Below are positions 52,701 through 64,000 of a stretch of 64,000 nucleotides of DNA, piece by piece. The position numbers were made by a program, and so were the translations under genes. Position 1 is the stretch's first letter; each line of letters starts with the position of its first letter. Source of the stretch: Tubiluchus corallicola (lineage: Eukaryota; Animalia; Priapulida); assembly GCA_030141605.1 (NCBI GenBank), contig JAQGDQ010000095.1, positions 186,001-250,000 on the forward strand, read 5' to 3'. The notes beneath the pieces were generated by a model. The model was not told where the DNA came from, ran no database searches, and worked only from the letters and a program-made list of their open reading frames with translations.

Positions 52701-55700
52701 GGCAAGGCAATATTATATTACATTATTTTGTCCAACACACTAGAGCACAAACTGATGCCTAGTCCATGTTATTTATGCACTACTATGTGTGTATTAAGTA
52801 TGAGCCGCAATTAAAAATAAACTACTGTGGCTACACACTGCAAGTAAAGATGATTTTCTCATGTAACACATTCACTGATGACTTGGATAGTGATACTTAG
52901 TAAAGCTAAATGTCGGAACAACCTTTTAACAAATTAGCCGATTAATACCTAAACAGAAACCCATGTCACAAAAATATTTCAAAGAAACGGTGAGACGTTT
53001 CGTTTTAACGATGCTGAACATTTGGCACCTTTTTTCTCACTTAACGATGCACATTTCGTTTCAACAACGTTTTTTACTCTGCTAACAGCCATTTTTTATT
53101 TTATCAGCAACTCTTTTTACCTAATTTGAAGCACTAAAGCAGTATATATTGCATTATTCTGTTCTAGAAATGCATTAGTAACCTAAACTGTACAATCATT
53201 ATGTTTTTGCTTCCCGATCATTTGTATCAAACGAGATCTATTTGCCGATTTATATGCCTCCAGACGTATGGAGTTTAAACATTACGCCTAGAAATTTTGT
53301 CTGCAACCTGTTGCTATAACAACCTGATTAGTACTGCATGAAATTGTCTCAAAGTCGGCCCATGCAGGGCTTCGCTTTCACTAAGCATTGTGTTTAACAG
53401 CTATAAATCCCTACTAGCAAGTCTCGCTAGATATTGGTAGAAAGATAGGTGGTTTCAAGCAAATAGAAAGAAATTAATCAGCAGAAATATGAATAAAATG
53501 TTTAATTTATGTGACTTAAGTAGCACTGATTCTTGCCTCTGGAACATATCTCAATTCCGTTACATTACTTTCTGTGGAAGTCTTGGTTTCGTGTAAAGAT
53601 GTTTTGCTTAACGTGGCATTTTGGTGGAACATTGTAAAGTGAGGACATACTGTATGTATATTCTAGATGTCAGAACATCAGAATGCCAAAATGTTGATCC
53701 AGTTTTACTTTTTTATACATTTTTCTCTAATTTCTTTAAGACAAAAGACATAGACAAGTCCGTACACATGTCACTTTCCCAAAATTAATACATGACAGGC
53801 ACATACCACAGACAGCATGAAAAAAGAAAGAGAAAAGATGAACTAATTTAAGATTGGTTCCTTTTTGTAATGGAAATTTTCAAGATAAGTTTTTTGCTTT
53901 TTTTATTGGAAAATAGTAAAAAACTACCTTGAGTTGCTTTATCCGTAACTGAGATCCCGATTTTCGAAACAAGCCTTCATTGTCAATGTAATTCTCAATG
54001 AAATTCACTGCATCACACAAAAACCTAAAAAAGACATGATTTACAAAAAATTAATAAAGCATAATGTCTTTATTTAACTTATATTGCAGATGTATTTAAC
54101 AATACCCTAATAAGGCTTGGGCAGTGCATGTACAAGTTCATACTTTTAATGCATGTGTATAATCTATGAAGATTATATCGCATTTTTGCAAACGAGTGGA
54201 AATTCCTCAACTAAAATTGTGAGTGTACATCTCACAGTTAGTCAATGACATAAACACTGTTTAAAAATGTTTTAGGCTTTAGAATTTGGAAGTTAAACAA
54301 ACTACAGGAAAATAAACATATACATGTAGCGGGACAGTCGATACAAGAAAGTAAGCCCGTACAAAAGCCGATACAATAAATTAATAGCAATGTCGGAATT
54401 CCGCAGATGAAATCCGGATTCAGTCGCTATGATCTGGTGAAAGTGAATTCTGTGCATCACTACAGTCAAGTGCCAAGTTGTCATAACATCAAGTTTTTAG
54501 TTAAGTGAATATTTTTCACGAGTGTGTTTGCATTCTGACAGACCAAAACTATAAAGTTTAGTAAGATTTTTAACAAACAATAATCATTCAATTTGAAGAT
54601 ACGAGATAAATGTCTCATTATCATAGCTTGTTTATTTAGCCCATGTGTGTTACTTACTTAATAATGCAAGAGTTTGCAGCATCAATTGCTAGTTTCCTAT
54701 ACACTAAAATTCAGGTAAGGTTGAAAAACACATTATGGATTGCTCTAAACTAACAGAAGTTATCATTGTACCTAGATTGCTTAGGACGTTCTCCTGCCAC
54801 AAACTCCTGGCATTATTGTTATTTTTAAATAAGCAATAAATAACAGACTTGAAAAATATCTCACATCAAAGACCAAACAAAAAGGAAGAACGGATTGCAT
54901 GTTTTACAACCTACAAATTTTGTGACATAATCATTTTGAACATTTAAATATTCTTGTTTTGAACCGTATATTATCTTTAATGCTTGAATTTATTTTTCTT
55001 TAGGAATGACCAGTTTTTGTATTTTTATTTTTTGTATTAATTTTAAGGATGTTTATGTATTTTTTATAGTTGTGTTATTTCTGTCATCAGTGTCGTTTCG
55101 TTTACTTGTCTTTCTGAGAAGGGTGGTTTACTTGCTAACCTTTGGTGTTTCGCCACCCTTTCTCCCATGTCCATTCGTATTTTTGTATATTTTATTGTTA
55201 AATGTAAATTCACAGAGAAAAATAAATCACTACTAATCTAATCTAATCATAAAATTTGATAAGCGAAATTCTTAGATCTCAGTTCATATACAGTGTTCAA
55301 CTAACTGTCGGAAAATCCGCTTTAAACCGGCCTGGCTTCATTGGTGGCCTCAGTATATTAGTTAGATCGCATGCTTCATGCATGTGTAACCATGCGCCTG
55401 GTTAACCTTGCCTATAAAAAAAGTGTCACCACTGATTGGTGACCACCTATCGGCAGATACCACAAAAGGTGATCCCCTTCTCCTGTCAAAAATATAAACC
55501 TATATGTGAAATTATTGTTTTAAAGTGATGTTGTTTGTTTTAAAGTGACAACTACTTTTGTTGTGATTTGAAACTTAATTTGAAGTGTAAGGTGCAATAG
55601 TTACATTTGGATTTTTGTTACATAAATTGTGTTATTAGTGTGGCCACATTTTATACAATTCGTTACTGTTTCTCTAATAATTATTCTTTGATTATTTTGT

Positions 55701-56276
55701 TTTCACAGCACAATTAATACAAGTCACAGGTAAGAGCAAGCCAATCAATACCCACTAAGGTTTAAGTGTAATGCAACTTTTCTGACTGCAATAAATTATA
55801 TATAATTTATATAAAATTAGTGTCTACAGTGCACAACCAGGACAGGCTCTCTCCCTTTATAAGTGTTTGGCATTAAACTAAAAAAAAATCCGAGATCAAA
55901 TACGATTTTTTCGATATTAACTGCACTGTCTGCACACACTCTCAAGAAATATAAGTTTACTCACTTTGGAACACGCAAGTCTACGTTGTCCACAGTTACG
56001 CAGGCAACATTGCACAAAGATTGGCCGAAAACAGACCCATTTGAAATTCTCTCTTGCTATGAAAACAAAACAGTTATAAACCAATTAAGCTTAGCAACAT
56101 TACAATATATTCTCATGGAAAGAAGACTTTACATACCTAAAACTCACCTTTATGTCTAACCCTTTTTTCGAATCTTCTTGAGTTAGTTTTGCAATTTTAA
56201 TGCCAAACAGCTTAATTTCGTGTAAGATAATATCAGCTAAAAATGACTTATCCTCGATGCAATCAATTGATTTCAT
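43762..56276 (-). CDS. ARHGAP11A: Rho GTPase-activating protein 11A-like (N-terminal RhoGAP, long disordered basic C-terminal tail; ~1283-1294 aa)
   Basis: Exons 56276-56148, 56056-55965, 54024-53928, 52597-52352, 51618-51454, 51234-51123 (GC donor), optional 51065-51033, 49636-49450, 48890-48823, 47405-47330, 46619-46520, 46341-43762; frame continuous. N-terminal LHEIKLFGIK, then VFGQSL, VPKFLCDA, EGLFRKSGSQLRIKQLK (arginine finger), LKIFFRELPEPL, NKMDANNLAVVMAPNL, IGMVPE, KKRRSSSLG, which follow the ARHGAP11A layout. Confidence 0.88.
48151..48514. mobile_element. hAT-family MITE with perfect 8-bp target-site duplication
   Basis: Ends cagggcc.. / ..ccagccctg, flanked on both sides by cttacaac (48143-48150 and 48515-48522). 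Confidence 0.85.
50110..50524 (+). pseudogene. PIF/Harbinger transposase N-terminal relic (frameshifted, truncated) in ARHGAP11A intron
   Basis: Two adjacent ORFs join by a 1-nt shift: WSKNWL..GAY..ELRDMNPWSYKKFLRMDNKIFAELVDMVRKEIKKQET / MKACTSPSAHLAITPRCLAAGASFTDLQYIF..TIGQIAPEIC..LKFP, the Harbinger/HARBI1-like pattern. No DDE core follows. Confidence 0.85.
54960..55250 (+). mobile_element. LINE (L2/Crack-type) 3' UTR remnant
   Basis: T-rich stretch, stem gagaagggtgg...ccaccctttctc, then aataaa and a (CTAAT)n tail. Confidence 0.5.
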
Positions 56277-56359
56277 TCTTTACGGAAAGAAGGTAAAACT
56301 CTATAAAAGGTATAATAAACTAAACAAGGAAAATCATTTTTATATTATTTTCGTGACAC

Positions 56360-56610
56360 CACAGCTATTTTGAAAAGTATGTGATTGCGCGTTCGTCATT
56401 TGATTGGGTAAAAAACCGCGTTGCAAGCGCTATCTCTCGGGAAGTCAACAAAAATAGAAAACGTGCCACGACTGCGTGCACAACCACAGCAAACATCCTG
56501 GGCCTTCCGAAGTTCTCTTCGTACACTCACTCGGATTAATGTTGCGCATAAAATCTCACTGTCCAGTCTAATATGCATTAACAACAAATGTACGCCCTGA
56601 TTGGCGTATA
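56360..56610 (-). promoter_or_regulatory. Putative ARHGAP11A promoter with CCAAT boxes and a CHR-like element
   Basis: CpG-richer segment upstream of the ATG; ATTGG at 56403-56407 and 56600-56604, TTTGAA at 56369-56374, CGCG motifs nearby. Confidence 0.4.
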
Positions 56611-57274
56611 ACAAATTAGGACAAACTTGATTGCAAGATTTGTTATCGTCGTTTTAACTGTAATTAACTTATAACTACCACGACCTACATTCACTATTCT
56701 GTATAATTTATATGATTCATGGACGCGTTCATACGAACTTTTGTGCGCAAACGAACATTTGTAAGTTTAATTCAGTAAAACTCTGTACGAATTCAATTCA
56801 AATTATTTACTTTACATCAATAGTATATTATAGTAACATACATTTTATATACACATATGTGCATCATTGCATAATTTTAGTTCAAGTTAACAGGTATAAT
56901 GATAACTATTGGTATCTATTTATTATAGATCCATTAGTATCTGATTACACTACTGCAGCAATTCAAGACACTTATAATAATTTGTAAGAATGGTTGAATG
57001 TGAAACAGAAACAAGGAGGAGAATCTTTATACAAATGTAGAAAAAAATAAGCAGAGTTCTTGTCTATTTTTGCTTACGAAAATTTTACCCTGACAAAATT
57101 CAGCTTCTCCCATAATCTTCATGGCTACACGTCTACGGGACATATTTGATAACTTCTGCAACACTCTCGGTATAATTATTGCACAAAGTGTAAAATAATA
57201 ACATTAAACGAGTTAATGAAATCCATCATGAGCTCGGAGCACAAATTATCCTGCTATGTGAAAATACCACTAGT

Positions 57275-57413
57275 TAAGGCTCCATCTATATAAAGACGGT
57301 TTTCCGCACGATTTCCCACGACGAAACAGCTTAGACTATCAAAATTCAACATGTTAAATTCGATTTAGCCATTGCATGTGCGCTTCATAAACACGTGTGT
57401 AGAAACCTCTTTA
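57275..57413. mobile_element. Short PIF/Harbinger-like MITE
   Basis: taaggctccatctata ... tgtgtagaaacctcttta ends with internal aattcaacatgttaaatt quasi-palindrome; degenerate. Confidence 0.3.
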
Positions 57414-57807
57414 TATCTGTTAAAGCAGTGCCTTTGCATGATATATTAACAAAATCCACTTCTGATTGGTTGCTTATGGGAATTTGTGAAAAGAATTGCC
57501 CAGAAAGCAATCAAAGCGAGAAACCTCGCGGCCAGGAATTTTTTCGCGAGGTTTTCCGCATTATGTATAAACGATGCAAACTGAAATAACACAGAGCAAT
57601 TAATTAAAGAACACAAACCGAGTGGAATTATTTCGTTTACAAACAAAGAACATGGCCAACAAAAACAGCTTAGCCTACTTGTTGTTTGGGACCCTCATAT
57701 CACAAAAATTGCACAGGAAAAAAGGGTGCAAATAGAAAAATAGGAAAAAATGGCACACTTAGAAAATGAGTTTATAGTTATCATTACTGTGGGGCAATTA
57801 TTTTATT

Positions 57808-58810
57808 TATTTTTACTTGTACCAAGGAAATTATTCTCCAACACTGTTTGTTTGTTTAGTTGTTTTTTGTCTATTATAAAGTAGTAAATCTATTACGCAG
57901 GTTTCAATGAAACTTTGTGCAAAAGGTGGAGGGGGTTGAGAACTGCCAAAATGGTTTTTTGCTCATTTTTTTTCACAAAACTTAACGGAACACCACATGC
58001 AAAACTCTTCGTGAATCACAATGTGGAGGTCTCAGAGGGAGTTTTATAGCTGTTTGGAAAGGATTTGGCTAGAAGATAGGGTAATTCTCTTTTGTCATTA
58101 TAGGGTGCCGAGTAACCCACTAGCTGAAGTAGGACACTTCCGTTAAAACGCATGTGCTAAGTTTGCGGAAAAGCAGTGTCATACCAAGTAGAGCACTAGC
58201 GATTTCTGTCAAGAATCGAGATCTATGACATAATAAAACATAAAACTAAATTTGTTTTAGAAAGAAAGTGACTTTATAATAATGATGGATAGTCCTTGAC
58301 AATTTACTTTTTACAACAATATCATCATTATTATTAGCTCCATTAATAATTATCATCATAACATTAAACTAAGTATCTAATGCTTTAAAGAGAGAAACTA
58401 GGTAGGGCACATAACTCGCTAACCCGTTTACTTAGTAGAAAATAATTATTTGTCAAAGGGGGAGTAAAAAGGATCACCTGTCTGTGAAGCAAGACAAAAT
58501 AAAAAATATGCCTAAAGCAAATGTTGAAATCGACAAATATATTTGTCAGTCTATTATACCATCGCCAAATGGTTAAAGAAATGTAGACAACCTCTATTTG
58601 GAATGTTCGTGCGTTAATGATTATAATTCCGTTTAATGAACAAAACAATTTGGTAGTCTTTTGCTAGTCTATATAATATTTATACAGTATATTTTTATAT
58701 GCTCGTTCATCTTTGTTTTATGTTTTTTCTACCAAAAGAAACAGATGAACATGTTTAGGATATTACGACCTTGGCAGAGGTTTGCTTCCAACAGAACGTA
58801 TTCTGTAGTT
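57808..58810 (+). mobile_element. Helentron-associated (DINE-1/HINE-like) non-autonomous element, interrupted by a MITE
   Basis: 5' ttacttgtaccaagg, then a (GTTT)n tract and ..ttcaatgaaactttgtg..; 3' ccttggcagagg (subterminal inverted repeat, 58769-58780), short spacer, ending ..tagtt in T-rich flanks. Confidence 0.45.
58101..58532 (-). mobile_element. Second, partial and inverted copy of the 34302-35227 MITE
   Basis: tagggtgccgagtaacccactagctgaagtaggacacttcc.. is colinear with the reverse complement of ~34520-35227, minus the 34831-35090 insertion (e.g. cacataactcgctaacccgtttacttagtagaaaa is shared). Confidence 0.85.
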
Positions 58811-59493
58811 CTATTACAGAAATTATTTGCAATAAAATAACACGTGCAATCTTTTCCTACTTTTTCATTTGTTCATTTTTATCATTTAATCTTACTGTTT
58901 CCTGTGCCACTATATCAAAGCTAAACTGAGTCTCTGACTGATATTAAATCAACTCAAGAAAGTTGATGTTAATTTGACAAAAAAACAGTGTTTCTTTGGT
59001 GGTAAACACAATGAAATTCAAGGGTTAATCACAGGTTTAGATCTAAATCTGTGAGGTTAATTCATTTATTTGATAGGCAAACTAATTTTCTTTTGATGGT
59101 TAAATGAACATAGAATTATTTGAATGAACATTTAACAATAGAAACAACACTGTTAAAATACGAAATGCAGTTAATATTATTAAAATGACAATCACTGCTA
59201 CGAATTGTTCAGCACATAATAAGAGCAAGCAGTGTGCTCTTTCTGCACTAATGGTGCAAGTTTATTGCACAACAGCAAATTATTAACCGTACTATATGTA
59301 AACAGGCATTTGACGTTGTGCTTGCCCACAAAGCAAGCAAGCAAAAACTTATATTTACATCATTCAGCAAAGTCTTATTGCAGTTTCTTACTCAGAAGCA
59401 TTCCTGTTTAATCAATCATGCCACAAAGTACATCATTTATGGGCAATTGTCACTTCAATAATCTAATATATACTGTAGTGGTGATTGAGCTAT

Positions 59494-60861
59494 TTATTTA
59501 AGTAGCTTTTCAACTTGGTCTGGCGTTCGAGGCATAATGCTGCGAGGTTCTTTATAATCATTAGACGGATTGTTTACAGCAGTATAAATATGACCGTAAG
59601 CTGCACAAATTAACTCTACAGACTGCTTTGTAATATTATCACGAATCTTTGGACTCAATATTAGGCTTAATTGTGACATGACAAAACTGTCTGGAGAAGA
59701 CAAATAGCTATCAAACTTTGATATAGCCGATTTCAAAGAAATGGAATCCAAGCCCGTTACATTAGACAATGGTCCTAGCTTGGGCTTGTGTACTTGAACT
59801 TGACCATACACATGTACAAGATCGGTACGATTCAAAACATGTGATGCTTGTTCTGATACAAGTGTATCAATGTGAGCATCTATCTGGGCTTGCAGCATCT
59901 CCAGGCGAAGATCGGTAAATTCGTACAGAGATAAAGTGCTATAAACAAGGTAAATGGAATTCAGCATGTATACTGCCATGTCAACTGTAGTCAGACGACT
60001 AGCAGATACTGAACACATTTGCATAAGGGGGTCAACAACACAGCCCAAGATTTCCTTAAAGTCCTCCTTCCTATCATCCAGGGAAAGCACCGAAGCATCA
60101 TGCGACTCCAGCACTTCGCGGAGAAGGGTCAAACTTTGCGTTAAACCAGTTGTAGGACCCAGGTCAACTGGTGGTAGTTCTACTTTGTCCATGAGTTTGC
60201 TGGTATGCAAGTTCAAGCTACTGAAAAACAGTTTATGGCTGAGCTCATGCATTTCTCGAATAGTCGTCAGCAGAGTTGCATCACCTTGCAAAGTTTTGCT
60301 GATAGTGTGATGATAGAACTTTAAAAGATTTGTTAATTTGTATAAAACTACTGGTCCTGGCTCAGACACCACCACCTGTTCAATTCTCACTTTAAGTGGT
60401 CGACAAATTCCTTCAGTGATATGCCCCAAAGCCTGCTGTATGGAATCAATCAGACCTATAAAATGATAAATTCCTTCAAGTAAATACTGAGCTAAATTCT
60501 GAAAATATATTAACCTAAAAAACAAAATCAAAAGAATTTCTGGTAATCTTAGTTGTAAGCTGTTTTATCACTAGCTCATTTCATTGACCAATATACTTAA
60601 AAATGCTAAAATGGCAGTTGTGTTACTGCTTTCACACCATAGAGCACTAGGCACTAGCTGCTTTAACTATAATACGGTTCAGCAAAATTATCATTTACCT
60701 AAACAGTTACAAAATACCTTCTTGATTTATGTTCCGAAGCAGTGAGTGAAGATGCTCCCTTTCGGAAGCAGAAGCTTGATGCAGCCAAGCCAACATGTCA
60801 CCTAGATACCGCATAGCATCATGCGAATGCATCTCAATAGGACGAGGAATACCGTCAGGAC
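59494..60861 (-). CDS. COG6: Conserved oligomeric Golgi complex subunit 6, last two exons (5' exons not found in the window)
   Basis: Exon 60861-60718 [36 protein letters not shown] and exon 60455-59494 [54 protein letters not shown]; both phase 1 with AG/GT ends. Confidence 0.95.
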
Positions 60862-63800
60862 CTAGGATGGTGGATGAGAAAGTAAAGTTTTTTTAAGAAC
60901 AGAGCACAGATTTATAAAAAAACAATAATTTAGAATTTATATGCAGTATGTAATATATTCATAAATATATATTATGTAATATGTAGTTATGACATTAATA
61001 CATAAGCTCGAAAGAGAATTAAGGCCAGAAAATAAAATATAAACACTTTTATTTGCTACAATAAGACCATAAATTGGTACTTTTCCACCATCTATACTGT
61101 CACATAAAAAATGTGCCCAATCATGCTTTACAATCCATTCAATTTTTTGTTCATTATAGGTACATCTTAAATGAATTTAACTTTAAAAACTAAATGTGGC
61201 ATAACAAAGAGACACAAGACGTTCTGTCGATTGTATCAAGTGCAAGTCGTCATAAATGCATGTGGTATTTTATGTAAACTATGTTGCTTGTGAAAAAAGA
61301 AATTAGCTCCAGGCATAACTTTTCTTCGGAGTAAAAAATAAAGCAGAAAAGCCCACTGTCCTCACATTTTTTTCTAATTATGTGAATATTCCAGTCTGCT
61401 ACAAAAGGTAATTTATTGTAACTCGCCAAGTAAAGTACCACCACAGTTAAACAGAGGACATAAAAACATGAAAAACACCAACTTACAGCATATGCATTTT
61501 TGTGCAATTATCAACTTTCTCCTTTGTTATACACAACTGCAGGGTGGAAAATCCCACAAATGTTCCCAGGGACTACAAGTTAGTGTCCCCGTGATGGACC
61601 AAGACGAGATTTATGTATCTAGTATCGAGATAGTTGCAGGAAAGGGGGGTTGCAGCAAAGGGCCACGAAGATTTGAAAATATGGTCTTCTGTATTCGTAT
61701 TGGTAATACAGCTGCTATCTTCAAACATTCTAGTCATTGTTACACATTCACTCATAGTATTAATTGGTAAGTTAGTAGTCTACATACATACCAAGCACAC
61801 ATGGAATTAAATGATTTAAAACTGTCAACAAGATAATTTTGCTTTATGTTAGGTACTGTTCCACAGAATTTCTTAAACTATACTAAAAAGGACCCATTGA
61901 TTTTGTTGGCCCACTGTTTATATCACCTTAACAGGACACAACTTGAAACAACAATATTGCAAAATATCTCACCCATCTCGGCACTTGTACTGGTTGGTGA
62001 TTAGGTGGCAAGGCCAGTTGCTACCATAACTATAGTAGTATAATTTGAAGCCAACCACAAATCAATGAATTGCAAGATAACACTTTTAAGTTTAGGCCAG
62101 TGGCGTGCTGTCCATACATGCAAGGCATGCACTGCATGCTTCTAATTTTCAAGAAGTAATTACAATGTAAAAAGCGCTTGTAAATATTTCTAATAATTAA
62201 CTACTATTACTAATACTTATTAGGTTTTCGGAAACCATTACACTATGCAAGTGACACAGCTACCTGCATTCACTGTATTTTCCAACGTGAAAACACACTC
62301 ATTGCAATTTAGACAGGGCGCTTGAAGGCGTGGCTTAATCGAAACTTAATCAGCGCCTGCATTGTTTTTATCCCAGGCCTATCCGCGGCGAGAGAAATGC
62401 CACAGTTTGTTTAACTTGGTTTATCACTGGCCCAACTACACGTGAATATCTATGGGCATCACATGGTTTGTTTGAGCCATTTTTTAATACGTACGAGTAC
62501 TACAGTTTATCAGGGTACTGTACAGCTTTGCAGAGTACTAGATAATAACTGACGTAGTGTCTACGTGTTTTGCTAATTACCGTGTGTATCGTTTAGATTT
62601 TTCATTGCGTTAATTTCAGCCTGCTAGTATTTTCATTGCTTTAGTATAATTATCTGATCATAGGACTTTAGTGTGGAGTTAATGCAGTAGTTGAGCTTCA
62701 GTATGCCATATGCGGGAAGAGCATGTGTGGTAAGCATTTCGTTTACATCGTTTCTAAATTAACTTATTTATAATTAGCTAGGATGCAAGGTTTGGTTTTA
62801 AAACAATGTACAGCTTTGGTACAAGCGATAGACTGCATCATTGCAATTGAATTACACTATCTAGTTGTAGCCTTGATCTGGGTCAGTTACAAAAAATACC
62901 AGACATTAGAACTCTTCCGATGTGAAATTTTTAATTGACATTTTAGTGACAACCTTCCTTTCCCGATTTACTACCAATTGCTACCTCAACGTAAACATAG
63001 CATATAATGCGAATGAGTGAGATAGAACTTCCCTTCCCTTTGCAGGAAATAGAATCGCTCGTCGTCGGTGCTAGGCAACGCGAAAAAATTGTCTGGGAAT
63101 GGAGCAGACAGAACAGGGGTGTGCAACTGGCCAGATTAAAGACAATATTCTGTGATTCACGCATGACTTATGAAGCTGCTAAATTTAGGAACTTCCACCA
63201 GGTTTATGGCTTCAAGTTGATTAGCAAAATGGTAAGAACCCGACAATTCCACAAAAGACAATTGAGTTTTAATATATTTATATGGAACCAGTTCAGATAT
63301 GTTATGAATCATGAGTAAGATTTTGATTGAAAGGTTTACAGCAGTCTTTTAGTGGGTAACTTATTTGCACATTAGAACAAAAAGCCATAAAGGTTTCCTA
63401 AATTTTCTTTCCCAAGTTTTGAGCTTATAGTTTGGTTGTATTACTTTGCACTGCAGCATTACCGTCAATTTTATGTGATTTTCGGGCTTTCTGTGACTAG
63501 TCAGTGAATTTATACAAACAAATTGCTGGGTGCAGATTTTAAAATCGTAAGCGAGATCATTTATTAATAAGTCAATAGTTTTACATTTATAAACATTTTT
63601 CTAAGCAGATAATGAATAAAAATTGTATTTATTTTAATGCTGGTACTAAATAAAATGAGTTTAGTTGATTGCAGCTCTGTTCTCACTGTCTTTCTGGATG
63701 TTTTCTGTCCCTGTGTGTAGACCACTTTCGATAGATAAGTGAATTTAGTTCAAAGATCGCCTATCTGTTTAAATGTAAATAAACTATTATTATATTATTT

Positions 63801-64000
63801 TGCTGTAATTGCCAAGTGCTGCAGAAATGTCACTCATTTGAATGTAGGATTTTATGCAAGGTAAACCAGGATTTCAGCTACTATTGGCCAACAGATATTT
63901 ATTTCTGCTTATTCTAGTTTTCTATAACAAAATAATACCGCATCAATAAAGTTTTATCTGTATCCGGAATTGTTGTTTCGATAAAGTAATGAATTTTCAA

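Noticed and set aside
54772-54806. Possible ARHGAP11A exon EFVAGERPKQSR
   Set aside because: The true exon 2 (56056-55965) already bridges exons 1 and 3; this one would frameshift and has no homology support.
35613-56276. AP2S1 next to a RhoGAP as conserved human synteny
   Set aside because: The human neighbour of AP2S1 is ARHGAP35 (p190 family), not an orthologue of this ARHGAP11-type gene; likely coincidence.

Overview
AT-rich, intron-containing genomic DNA from an invertebrate animal (bilaterian; the species cannot be fixed from sequence alone). It is not prokaryotic, and there is no CRISPR array, intact rRNA or convincing tRNA. By hand-splicing on GT/GC-AG signals with continuous frames I reconstruct six conserved genes: PTK7/off-track pseudokinase receptor (+, 5'-truncated, 15 exons), METAP2 (-, 2 exons), POLR1C/RPAC1 (-, 10 exons), AP2S1 (+, 4 coding exons, 142 aa), ARHGAP11A-like RhoGAP (-, 11-12 exons) and COG6 (-, 5'-truncated, last 2 exons). 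Introns and intergenic DNA hold decayed mobile elements: CR1/L2 LINE pieces, a Harbinger transposase relic, pogo/Tigger HTH relics, hAT-type MITEs with 8-bp TSDs, a Helentron-like element and Penelope-like hammerhead remnants. The best leads are: (1) a TIR element filling most of the POLR1C/AP2S1 head-to-head gap, ending 26 nt from the POLR1C ATG; (2) apparent 3'-biased intron loss in METAP2, COG6 and PTK7; (3) a near-perfect 153-bp fold-back in a PTK7 intron; (4) a GC-AG donor plus a 33-nt cassette exon in ARHGAP11A; (5) a candidate poison exon in POLR1C. I cannot support a wholly new multi-gene system. Family assignments are by motif recognition, not database search.
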